Position numbers and translations under genes: made by a program. Positions 14,566-23,269 of a DNA stretch of 25,198 bases are shown piece after piece; positions within the stretch are counted from its first letter, which is position 1, and every line of letters begins with the position of its first letter. Below the pieces are notes generated by a model, which saw only the letters and a list, made by a program, of their open reading frames with translations, was not told the origin of the DNA and made no database searches. Location of the stretch: contig PWFL01000023.1 of assembly GCA_003553825.1 (NCBI GenBank), forward strand, positions 1-25,198, read 5' to 3'. This DNA is from Candidatus Iainarchaeum sp. (GTDB taxonomy: Archaea > B1Sed10-29).

Positions 14566-15732
14566 TTAACTAAGGCCTGAGAGCTTTAGTTCTAATTCCA
14601 AGTCAATTTCCCCCTTCAAGTTACTAGTATCAATACTACTCCTCAAATTTCTAGGCAAGGTAATGTTAGCGCTCTCGATCGAATCAATATCTTCAAGTTC
14701 AATGAGCTTTCTGTCACCACTCATGTGCTCGGCTTCCCAAGCCAGCCTGGAAGCAACCGCGTCAACCAGGTGAATACCGGTTGATGAGCCTTCCTCTTTA
14801 ACTTTCTTAAGAGCATCAGTTATATTTGTCCTAGGAACTGTGTACAAACCACCGTTCCAAGCATATATTTCATTAAAAAGACCTTTACTAGTAGTTCCGC
14901 CTTCATTAAGAACCCATACTTGTACTACTCTATCTTTAAAACTTGTTTCAAGTAATTTGGATCTTCCTCTGGTTCCTTTCACTCTTTCCTTGGTAATTTC
15001 TTTACTGATTTTCTTCTTAACCGCTTTTCCAAATTCAGTTAAAGGAACTTTATCTATAGAAACCGATTTTGCCAGAGCTTCATCGGTTAAGGATAATACA
15101 CCAGTTAATTGAGGATATAAAGACTTTCTAGAAGATAAAGAACTTATACTAGCCAATACAGAAGCAAGATCAAGTCTTAAATATCCAACAGGATCCTCAA
15201 TGCCAAAGTTAGATAGAGTGGATAAAGAATAAAGACCGTATTCCCCTACATTATCTTCATTCAGAAGAATATCACCCCTCTTTGAAAGAGGAGAAGAAGC
15301 CACATCTCTTTTATATCCTATTGAAAAATCATGATCTGAAAGCAGAAAATTAGATATTCTCTTCATTTCATTTAGATCAACTTCATTATCAACAACTACA
15401 ACTGAGAAATTGAAACTGTTAAAAAGAGACATGGAAGAAGAAAACAACTTAATTGGAAGAGTCAAATTATTTGAAACGCATTCAAGAGTTGGGAGCCACC
15501 TGCTAGAATCCTGTAACGGGATTAACCCTCTCTTAGTCTTTATGTAGCCATCCTCATCGATTTCCTGAAGTTCAAGATCTCTTTCGGAAAGAGTATGAGG
15601 ATTCAAAACCTCTCTATATCCTCTATCCATAAGTAAGTTTGCGTATTTTTCTTCCAGTTCCCTGACTCTGCTTTTAAGACCTTTAGAGCTTGATTCACTG
15701 GATCTGGAGGAAAATTGACCTATCAACACCAT
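14566..15732 (-). CDS. sepS: Degenerate O-phosphoseryl-tRNA synthetase (SepRS)-like protein, probably catalytically inactive
   Basis: Colinear matches to SepRS as I recall it: GYREVLNP (GFxEVVNP), W..TL...LPIKLFS, GLYS..TLSNFGIEDPV (GIYSPTALAEYDIPYPV), LYPQL, LTDEALAK..IDKVPLTEFG, NEIYAWNGGLYTVPR, EEGSSTGIHLVDAVA, ANITL. The motif 2 FRRE loop and motif 3 GLGVERL are absent. The frame is intact at 388 aa. Confidence 0.8.
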   Translation of the reverse strand: MVLIGQFSSRSSESSSKGLKSRVRELEEKYANLLMDRGYREVLNPHTLSERDLELQEIDEDGYIKTKRGLIPLQDSSRWLPTLECVSNNLTLPIKLFSSSMSLFNSFNFSVVVVDNEVDLNEMKRISNFLLSDHDFSIGYKRDVASSPLSKRGDILLNEDNVGEYGLYSLSTLSNFGIEDPVGYLRLDLASVLASISSLSSRKSLYPQLTGVLSLTDEALAKSVSIDKVPLTEFGKAVKKKISKEITKERVKGTRGRSKLLETSFKDRVVQVWVLNEGGTTSKGLFNEIYAWNGGLYTVPRTNITDALKKVKEEGSSTGIHLVDAVASRLAWEAEHMSGDRKLIELEDIDSIESANITLPRNLRSSIDTSNLKGEIDLELELKLSGLS

Positions 15733-15774
15733 AGTTTAATTAATAAGGTTGCAAGTTAAATATTCAGTGGTTAG

Positions 15775-17085
15775 ATGGCAAAGGATACAGAGACAGAATG
15801 GGACAAAATTGAAGAAGTTAAAAACGATGAAAAAGTGGGAAAAGAAGTGAATCTGCGAGGATGGGTCTACAGAGAGAGATCCACGGCTAAAGTAGCCTTC
15901 ATAACTCTAAGAGACTCCACAGGAATAATACAATGTGTTTTTAAAGAAGATTCTCCTGGATTCAGAGAAGCAAGCAACACCAAGATAGAATCCAGCATCA
16001 GTATAAAAGGGAAAGTGGAGAAAGACGATAGAGCACCAGGAGGATACGAGATAAAGGGAAAAGAGATTTCACACTATCAAAAATCTGAGAAGTTCCCAAT
16101 CACTCAGGATCCTTCTACCGAGTTCCTGATGGATGCAAGACACCTATGGCTGAGGAGCAGTAAAATAAGAAAAGTTCTGAGAACAAGAGAAAAAGTTCTA
16201 GAGTACTTCAGAGAATTCTTCAAAGAAAAAAACTTTCACGAAGTACAGCCACCACTGATAACACAGGCAGGAGTGGAAGGAGGATCAACCCTATTCGATT
16301 TTGAGTACTTCGATGAAACGGCCTACCTAACACAGTCATCCCAACTATACTTAGAAGCATTCATAACTTCTTTAGAAAACGTTTATTGCATAGCACCCAG
16401 CTTCAGAGCGGAAAAATCCAGAACAAGCAAACATCTAACAGAGTACTGGCACCTGGAAGCTGAAATGGCGTGGTACGAGAACCAAGACAACATTGAATTC
16501 CAGGAAGAGATGATATCCTACGTAGCAAATAAATTAGGAGAAGAGAATCAGAAAGTTCTTAAAGACTTTGGAAGAGATCCGGAAGTGCTTAAAAGAATAG
16601 AGCCACCTTTCAAAAGACTGAGCTATACAGAAGCAATAGAAGAACTGCAAGAACAAGGACTGAAGATAGAATGGGGGGAAGACTTCGGAGCAGGACATGA
16701 AAAAGCACTTACAGAAAATGAAAAGGAACCAATAGTAATCTACAACTTCCCAAAGAAAATAAAGCCATTCTACATGCCCGAAGCGGAAAAATCAGAGGAA
16801 GAAGAAACAGTACTATGCAATGACATACTGGCACCCGAAGGATACGGAGAAATAATTGGAGGATCGGAAAGAATATGGGAACTAGAAGAACTCATGAAGA
16901 GATTAGAGGAAACAGGAACGGATAAAGAAGCTTACGAATGGTACATAGATCTCAGAAGATACGGATCAGTACCCCACTCAGGATTTGGGCTTGGAATAGA
17001 GAGAACATTATCCTGGTTATTCAAAAGAGACCACATAAGAGAGACAATAGGTTTCCCAAGAACTATCAATAGAGTTTACCCCTAA
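15775..17085 (+). CDS. asnS: Asparagine--tRNA ligase
   Basis: OB fold (LRGWV, FITLRDSTG), RHLWLRS, GVEGGSTLF, YLTQSSQLYLE, FRAEKSRTSKHLTEYW, GEIIGGSER, YEWYIDLRRYGSVPHSGFGLGIER, FPRTINRVYP. QLYLE and YGSVPH favour AsnRS over AspRS. Confidence 0.94.
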   Translation: MAKDTETEWDKIEEVKNDEKVGKEVNLRGWVYRERSTAKVAFITLRDSTGIIQCVFKEDSPGFREASNTKIESSISIKGKVEKDDRAPGGYEIKGKEISHYQKSEKFPITQDPSTEFLMDARHLWLRSSKIRKVLRTREKVLEYFREFFKEKNFHEVQPPLITQAGVEGGSTLFDFEYFDETAYLTQSSQLYLEAFITSLENVYCIAPSFRAEKSRTSKHLTEYWHLEAEMAWYENQDNIEFQEEMISYVANKLGEENQKVLKDFGRDPEVLKRIEPPFKRLSYTEAIEELQEQGLKIEWGEDFGAGHEKALTENEKEPIVIYNFPKKIKPFYMPEAEKSEEEETVLCNDILAPEGYGEIIGGSERIWELEELMKRLEETGTDKEAYEWYIDLRRYGSVPHSGFGLGIERTLSWLFKRDHIRETIGFPRTINRVYP

Positions 17086-17121
17086 AGATCCGGAAGAATT
17101 GTAGATTCTTAAATCTCTTAG

Positions 17122-17940
17122 TTATCTAGCACCGATCTGAATCTCAATATGAGTGTATATCCCTGGAGATATGAATAGTAAACCGTATCTATCTTCCTCA
17201 AACCCTTCAAGGTTTGAATAACTGATTTCTATTTTCCCATTTTCAGTTCTTTCAGATCCTGGTTCTCCTAGCTCCTCTTTGTACCATTCAACCACTTCGT
17301 CAACACTATCATATGTTCCATATTCAGCATTCACGTGTTTCTGTCCACTCAAATTCTGCATAGTATAATCAAGCATGATTGAACCAGGATATCGATCTAT
17401 TAGTTCTTCTCCACTATCTTGGTCTTCGCTTGGAAGCATTATTTCTTCTCTATCTACATTCGCTCTTCCTCGAGCTCCTTCCCAAGTTCCGTGTCCTTCT
17501 AAGTCAGATAATTTCCATTCACCGGATACTTCAGAACCGTTAGCACTGAAGGATCCTGACCAATCCACTGTCCTCCATATGGATTCGGACTCCGCTTCTA
17601 TCTCTTCTTGATATACTGATCCATTTACTCTTCCCGATGCATTTCCTATGAACCAACCTGTCAGGTTTTCTTCATCAAAATTAACTTTGAACTCCCAGAT
17701 TCCATCTACATTTTCCCCCTCCGCTTGTCCTGTCCATGTCCCTGAATAATTTACTATGCCGGTTAATTCTCCTGGCTCTCCGTTTTCCGGTATTCCATTA
17801 TCTGGTTCTCCATTTTCAGGTTCTTCTCCTGGATCAACCTGAATATCTGTATAAAACCCTATGGAGATTAAAACAATTGCTAGAATGAGGATAGCAGAGA
17901 TCACGATTATTTTTTTATTATCTTTATTGATCATGGCCAA
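17122..17940 (-). CDS. Hypothetical membrane-anchored exported protein
   Basis: KK-IIVISAILILAIVLISIGFY anchor, PxNG repeats, Trp/Gly-rich beta domain (GTWTG, GIWEF, GWFIG, GEWKL, GTWEG), C-terminal RYPGS...T.DSVDEVVEWYKEEL domain. The likely start is the ATG at 17934. Confidence 0.75.
   Translation of the reverse strand: MAMINKDNKKIIVISAILILAIVLISIGFYTDIQVDPGEEPENGEPDNGIPENGEPGELTGIVNYSGTWTGQAEGENVDGIWEFKVNFDEENLTGWFIGNASGRVNGSVYQEEIEAESESIWRTVDWSGSFSANGSEVSGEWKLSDLEGHGTWEGARGRANVDREEIMLPSEDQDSGEELIDRYPGSIMLDYTMQNLSGQKHVNAEYGTYDSVDEVVEWYKEELGEPGSERTENGKIEISYSNLEGFEEDRYGLLFISPGIYTHIEIQIGAR
17776..17820 (-). repeat. Three imperfect 15-bp tandem units encoding PENGE-PDNGI-PENGE
   Basis: Plus-strand units ctctccgttttccgg / tattccattatctgg / ttctccattttcagg. 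Confidence 0.7.
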
Positions 17941-18055
17941 CCATGAATAAAAAGGGGTTTCGGATATAAATAATTAATTCAGTGAAAAATTTAGCGAAAT
18001 ACGTTGAGTTAAATTAAGAAATAAATAACTAAGTTGAAAAAGAAAATCCGGAGAT

Positions 18056-18583
18056 TTAGTCCTTATAGTATTCTTCAATTATCTTCTTGTATTCTTCTTC
18101 GGTTATTTCCTGGCAAACAGTGTTCCTATGCACTAGAACGTGTTTGTTTAGGTTTATATCTGTTAGTTCTACTCCTGGAAAGATTTCCAGGCTACTTTCT
18201 TCCACTTCTCCATTCGGGTACTGTACGTTTGCTTTCATTTTATCTTCGTTTGCTTTTTTCTCGGCTTTGAATCCAATTATTTTACCTGGCTTTACTTTGC
18301 AGTCTTTTTTCTGGTTGTGTATAGTGAAAAAGTACTTGTGAACGTAGTTGGTATCATCGAATAGCCCTAGAAAGCTTTTTTCTCTTTTCTTCAAGTCTTT
18401 TAGTTCTTTATATTCCTCTGGGAATATGTCTTTTAGGTCTTCTTTTGTTACTTTTCCTTCTCTGATGGTGTACAGGACTCTGCCCATGTCCCCTTTTTTT
18501 ACTTTATCCTTTCCCGCCATGGCTATGTTCATGAATTGGTTTCTTTCTTCTCTGGACAGTACTTTACCAAACATTTGAGTCAA
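18056..18583 (-). CDS. Hypothetical protein with a C-terminal HypC/HupF-like OB domain
   Basis: The C-terminal ~80 aa (CKVKPGKII..KANVQY..SLEIF..HVLVH..QEITEEEY) follow the HypC pattern C..PG.I..A.V...L..WVLVH...I.E.EA, but the Cys is internal. The likely start is the ATG at 18574. Confidence 0.6.
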   Translation of the reverse strand: MTQMFGKVLSREERNQFMNIAMAGKDKVKKGDMGRVLYTIREGKVTKEDLKDIFPEEYKELKDLKKREKSFLGLFDDTNYVHKYFFTIHNQKKDCKVKPGKIIGFKAEKKANEDKMKANVQYPNGEVEESSLEIFPGVELTDINLNKHVLVHRNTVCQEITEEEYKKIIEEYYKD

Positions 18584-18668
18584 CTCGTTTAGATGTTTTG
18601 GATTGGGTGTTTTTGACTTTAGTTATTTAATGTAAGCGTTGTTTAATAGTTTTAATAGTAGATGAATT

Positions 18669-19193
18669 TTGATTCTTGAGAGGTGTATCAAGTTGAGTAA
18701 AGAGCTTGAAAATAAAGGAATAGAAAGGATAGTGATAACTGGCTGCCCTGGAACCGGTAAGACAACATTAGCGGAAGAATTAGGAAAAGAATTAGGTTTA
18801 AAAGTAATTCATGTGGATAGAGATTTTATTAAAGAGAATGATTTGGGTTTAGGCTTTGATAAGGATCGAGATTCGGTTGAAGTTGATTTGGAGAAACTTG
18901 AAGATTTTTTGAAGGGAGAAAAAGCAATAATCGAGAGTCATTTACTGTGTGAGATTGAATTGAAGGATGCTTTGGTAATTGTATTGAGGTGTGATCCGAG
19001 TGAACTTAGAAATAGATTGGAGAAGAGAGGTTATAGTGAAGGAAAGATTAGAGAGAATGTTGAAGCTGAAATTGTTGATTACTGTGTTGAAAAAGCTCGT
19101 GAAAATTACAGCGAGGTTCATGAAGTTGAAACTACTGATAGAGATGTAGAAGAAACAAAGCAAAAGTGTTTGGAGATAATTTCAGAGGTATAG
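18669..19193 (+). CDS. Adenylate kinase, AK6/Fap7-like (archaeal AdkA family)
   Basis: IVITGCPGTGKTT P-loop, IIESH motif, VLRCDP..L..RLEKRGYSEGKIRENVEAEI lid signature. The TTG start is uncertain. Confidence 0.92.
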   Translation: MILERCIKLSKELENKGIERIVITGCPGTGKTTLAEELGKELGLKVIHVDRDFIKENDLGLGFDKDRDSVEVDLEKLEDFLKGEKAIIESHLLCEIELKDALVIVLRCDPSELRNRLEKRGYSEGKIRENVEAEIVDYCVEKARENYSEVHEVETTDRDVEETKQKCLEIISEV

Positions 19194-19198
19194 TGGAA

Positions 19199-22100
19199 TT
19201 ATTTTCCTCTTTTTAATTTTGTTGGTTCTTCCTCTTCTTCTTTATCAGTTGATGGCTTTTTAAGCACGTAGATAACTGCTCCCATGATCGTTACTGCTCC
19301 TGCCAGATGCTTGTAAGGAAATTCAGTTCCATTGCTAGTTGTTTTTTCCACTGTTTTCCTGGAGGAAAGAATTGAGTTTAGGTATTCTCCTTCCGCGTGG
19401 TGGTTCTTTGCTTTTTCAAGGTACTTCAAGGATTCTTGGTTCTGTGTTTCTTCGTATTGGTTTTTTGCTCTCTGCAACCTCTCAACCGAGGATTTCTCGA
19501 TCTGTGAGAGCAGTTCTTTGGAGTCTTTTAGAAGTTGCTGTTCTCTTTCTATTCTGTTTTTAATTTTATCCGGGTCCTGGTTTTCTATTAGGTAATCCAG
19601 ATTTTTTCTTATTAATTGAGAGCCTTCATTTTCTTTTATTTGTTCCTTTCTATGTTTTAAGGACTCCAAGTCTTTCTGTGTATATGGTAAGTACTTTTCA
19701 TTTACTTCGAAATCCACTGTTCTTTCAAATGCTTTTCCGAGCAATAGGAATGTTTTTTCTAGTTCCCGGGTTCTGTTTTCCAAGCTCGATTCCATCTCCC
19801 TTTTTATTGAGTTGAACCGTTGTTTCAGTTTTTGTAATTGATCTTCTTCAAGATCTTGAGCTGTTTTCAGACCCTCTATTTCTTGTTTTATACCTTTACA
19901 GTCTTTAAGAGAACATAATAATGGTAAGTACTGTTGAATATCACCTATTACTTGGTTCTGGTCATCTTTAGTTTCCTTTAAGGATTCGTTCAGGATTTCT
20001 TCACCTTCTTCAGATTCATTCTTTAGTTCATGATCTTCCTCTACCTGAGCTTGTTTTGTGGGTTGCCTTTTCAGCTCGTTTATGATTCCTGGTGCCTTGT
20101 TCATGGTTTCTTCGTATCTGCCTTGATTGAACAGTTGTTGGAATCGGCTTATTCTTGTTTCTAGTTCTTTGGTTAGTTCTCTGGTTTCTTTGAAAAAGTT
20201 TATTTTTTTCATTGCTTCCTGGGATTCTTTTTTAGGTTCCTGCGCTCTGTATATTATCTCTACCTGTTCACGGTGTTCTAGTCCCGGTACTGTGATCTCC
20301 AGTGTATCTTGATACGGGGCCATGGTTTCAAGAGTTTGAGTTAACTGACCTTGTTCTAGATCAAGGTTTTCCGGTGCTTTGGGAGTATTTGTTGGGTGAG
20401 TGCTGTGTATAACGTCTTCTGGATCGATGTCTCTTGTTAGGGTGAAGTTATTGATTTTTTGTTCGTGGTTGATTATTTCTATGGTGTGTTTTACCTTGTT
20501 TTCTTGAATTTGGTTTTTCCATTCTGTTATTTTGATGTTCGAGGGATAGGTGTAGGTTAGTTTGATTGTTTGTTCTTTTTCAGTGGTTTTGACTTTTATT
20601 TCATCGTCTTTTACCTCTGTGTTCGGTGGCTTGTGTATGAATTCGGTTTTTGGAGGTAGGTTTAGGTCTAGAAGCACTTCCGGGGTTTTCACGTTTCTCC
20701 GTATCTTTATTTCCTTTTGTTCAGTGGTTCTTTCTTCGTTTATGTTTAGCTTGCTTTTGTTTTCTATAGTGCAGGTGTAGGGTGTGAATCTGGCTTTTTT
20801 TGTTCGTTGCTTGGTTTCGTGCGGGCGTATTGTACGTATATTGAAGTGTAGTTTGTCTTTTTCTGGTTGTTGTTCTAATTTTATGTTCCCAGGGACCTCT
20901 TTTTCTATGTTCACGTTGTGCAGTGGAATCGAAAGAGGATTGTGTGTCTCTACCTGTATCTTCGTGGTTTTTTCCCGATTGCAGACTGGTGTTTCTTGTT
21001 TTTGAGTTGTTATTTCCGTGTGTCTGGACAGCAGTGTTGGTTTAAATCTTTTTATTATTGGAGAGGTTTGTCTTATTATGTCTTGATAAGTTTCCAGTTT
21101 CTTGATTGGATGTTCTAATGGATTAAATGTTTTTACTCTGTTGTATTTGTTCTCCAGATCTTTTAGCCTGTTTTTATCTATTTGTATTGTTTTTTCTCCG
21201 TAAGGAGTGTTCTTGATTTGCTGAACTGATCTTAGGTGGTTGCTGGCTCTCTTTTCTTCTTCGTTTATTCTTTGTTTTAGAGGTGTTACTCTTATCTTTA
21301 TGGTGGTTTTCAGTTCATTTAGGATTTTCTGTGTTTTTGGAAGCATTTCAGGATCCTGTATCTGTTTTAGTTCCTGGAGTTTTTCTTTTTTGTCCTGTAA
21401 GGGGTATCCTAGCTCTATGTATTTCTTCACTCTGTTCTTGGTGTTCTCTATTCTTTGTTTTATTGGTGCTAGGTCCTTTTCTTCGAGTTCTTTAACTGTT
21501 TCTATGTATTCTAGGGTTTGTTTTAGTTGATTGATTGTTTCTCCTTTTGTTCTCTGGTTTTTTGCTTTTTCTTCTTTTTGTTTTATCTCTTCTCTGTATC
21601 TGGTTAGGAGTGATTCTTCGAGCTTTCCTTTGTTTTCATCTATTTTTTCTTTGTAGTGTTTTTCTATCTGGCCCAGTCTTTTTTCAAGTTCTTTTAGTTC
21701 TTGTAATGTTGATTCTAATTGGTTTGTGGTCTTTCTGTATATTTTGATTGATCTGGATAAGTAGTTGTGTTCTTTGTTTTGATGTATCCTTTCCGCTTTC
21801 CTGGCTTGGTTTTCTATATCTCTTTTTATTAAATTTGACTGTTTATATTGGTTTCTAGGTGTTCCGGCAATTTCTGTATGGGTGATTTCTCCTTGTTCCC
21901 TTCTTCCCGGGTTGCTGGTTACTAGTTGTACTTCCTGTTTTTCAAGTTCTTTTAACTTGTTCTCGAGCTTTTGTGTTAGTTCTAAGTGTTTCTGTCTTTG
22001 TTTTTGGTGTGTGTTCTTCATTCGTTGTATTTTTCTCTGTGTTTCTTCTCTGAAATCGCTGTATCGAGTGGCTAAGGATGCTTGGTGGCTGTTTATGAGG

Positions 22101-22795
22101 TTGAATATTTCCGGTGTTATTTTTTCTGCCGTTCTTATTTCTTGTGAGAGCTCTGTCATGATGGTTAATATGTCTTCTCCCTGTCTCGAGTATCGTTGTT
22201 CTTTGATCTTGGTCTTGTTGAGCCGGTTGAGTATCTCTTCAGTTCTTTTATGGGATTGGTGTGCTGGCCCGGTGTAGTTATGGGCTCCTAGTTTTTCCAG
22301 TTGGTGTTTTTGTTCATGTAGATCGGTTATTATTTCTCTGTAGAGCTGTCTTGATGACCAGAGAGCGGTTAGGTAGTGCTTTCTTGCTTCTCTGTGCAGT
22401 TCCTCTACTTCATCAACTTTTGTATGAAGTAGACCTAGGCTTGATATTTCTTTGAAGTATTCCCAGCCTTTTTCCAGCCAGTTGTTGTATATTCTGTTGG
22501 AGGATTTGGCTTTTTCCTGGGTTTTTCGTGCGTTTTCCCAGGATTTCTCCAGGTAAAACTCTGATTCTTCGTTTAATGGATTTTGTTTTAATTGCCCCGT
22601 TATGGAGGTTGGTGATTCGAGTTTTCTTGATTTTTCCAGAGCTTCTTGTATTGGCACTTGGTGCGGTATGCCGGCTGGATCATGGGTTAGTGGTGATATG
22701 TAGCCTGCTTGCATTGCTGAGAATATGAAAAGGATTGAGAGGGACACTGTACGTGTTTTTAGCAGTATTTTTTGCAGGTGCTGTGTTTTCCGCAT
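19199..22795 (-). CDS. Large hypothetical surface/membrane protein: signal peptide, long coiled coils, central beta-rich region, C-terminal TM anchor
   Basis: 1198 aa. Basic then hydrophobic N-terminus (VSLSILFIFSAMQA), heptad-rich E/K/Q/L segments, T/I/V/P-rich middle, LAGAVTIMGAVIYVL-KK anchor and a short charged tail. Confidence 0.8.
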   Translation of the reverse strand: MRKTQHLQKILLKTRTVSLSILFIFSAMQAGYISPLTHDPAGIPHQVPIQEALEKSRKLESPTSITGQLKQNPLNEESEFYLEKSWENARKTQEKAKSSNRIYNNWLEKGWEYFKEISSLGLLHTKVDEVEELHREARKHYLTALWSSRQLYREIITDLHEQKHQLEKLGAHNYTGPAHQSHKRTEEILNRLNKTKIKEQRYSRQGEDILTIMTELSQEIRTAEKITPEIFNLINSHQASLATRYSDFREETQRKIQRMKNTHQKQRQKHLELTQKLENKLKELEKQEVQLVTSNPGRREQGEITHTEIAGTPRNQYKQSNLIKRDIENQARKAERIHQNKEHNYLSRSIKIYRKTTNQLESTLQELKELEKRLGQIEKHYKEKIDENKGKLEESLLTRYREEIKQKEEKAKNQRTKGETINQLKQTLEYIETVKELEEKDLAPIKQRIENTKNRVKKYIELGYPLQDKKEKLQELKQIQDPEMLPKTQKILNELKTTIKIRVTPLKQRINEEEKRASNHLRSVQQIKNTPYGEKTIQIDKNRLKDLENKYNRVKTFNPLEHPIKKLETYQDIIRQTSPIIKRFKPTLLSRHTEITTQKQETPVCNREKTTKIQVETHNPLSIPLHNVNIEKEVPGNIKLEQQPEKDKLHFNIRTIRPHETKQRTKKARFTPYTCTIENKSKLNINEERTTEQKEIKIRRNVKTPEVLLDLNLPPKTEFIHKPPNTEVKDDEIKVKTTEKEQTIKLTYTYPSNIKITEWKNQIQENKVKHTIEIINHEQKINNFTLTRDIDPEDVIHSTHPTNTPKAPENLDLEQGQLTQTLETMAPYQDTLEITVPGLEHREQVEIIYRAQEPKKESQEAMKKINFFKETRELTKELETRISRFQQLFNQGRYEETMNKAPGIINELKRQPTKQAQVEEDHELKNESEEGEEILNESLKETKDDQNQVIGDIQQYLPLLCSLKDCKGIKQEIEGLKTAQDLEEDQLQKLKQRFNSIKREMESSLENRTRELEKTFLLLGKAFERTVDFEVNEKYLPYTQKDLESLKHRKEQIKENEGSQLIRKNLDYLIENQDPDKIKNRIEREQQLLKDSKELLSQIEKSSVERLQRAKNQYEETQNQESLKYLEKAKNHHAEGEYLNSILSSRKTVEKTTSNGTEFPYKHLAGAVTIMGAVIYVLKKPSTDKEEEEEPTKLKRGK

Positions 22796-22990
22796 GTTTT
22801 GTTTTGTTTCAATGTGTTTAAAGTTGATTTCCCGAGTTTTTTGAGTTAATTAAAGTTAATTGAAGTTGGTTTCGTAGAAATGGAGATTTCATATTTATAA
22901 AGATGGATCGAGGATAAAAAGGAAAACCTTTTTAAAGGTATGTTCACTTATTATTATCGAACTGAATTAAAATAATGTAAACTTAGAATA

Positions 22991-22995
22991 GGAGG
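22991..22995 (+). promoter_or_regulatory. Shine-Dalgarno site of the PRC-barrel gene
   Basis: GGAGG 7 nt upstream of the ATG at 23003. Confidence 0.7.
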
Positions 22996-23002
22996 ATATA
23001 AA

Positions 23003-23263
23003 ATGGCTTCAAAGAAATACGTTATAGCAAAGCAGCTTGGAGGCAAAAAAGTCATAACCAATAAAGGCGAGAAAATAGGTCGTCTTAGTGATGTTACTAT
23101 TGATAGGAAGAGCGGTGATCTTGAATCAATGGTCATCGAGGCTGATGATAATTCAAAAATAGCTAGGGATTTAGTTGGATCAGATAATATGGCTAGAGTA
23201 CCTTTCAAAGCAGTTTTCTCGGTTTCAGACGTGATCGTGGTCGATGAAACCATGCTGGTCTAG
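23003..23263 (+). CDS. Single PRC-barrel domain protein (CdpB-like; archaeal homologs act with SepF/FtsZ in division)
   Basis: AKQLGGKKVITNKGEKIGRLSDVTID..SGDLESMVI..VPFKAVFSVSDVIVV is the archaeal PRC-barrel pattern; 86 aa. The division role is inferred from homologs only. Confidence 0.9.
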   Translation: MASKKYVIAKQLGGKKVITNKGEKIGRLSDVTIDRKSGDLESMVIEADDNSKIARDLVGSDNMARVPFKAVFSVSDVIVVDETMLV

Positions 23264-23269
23264 GGGATT

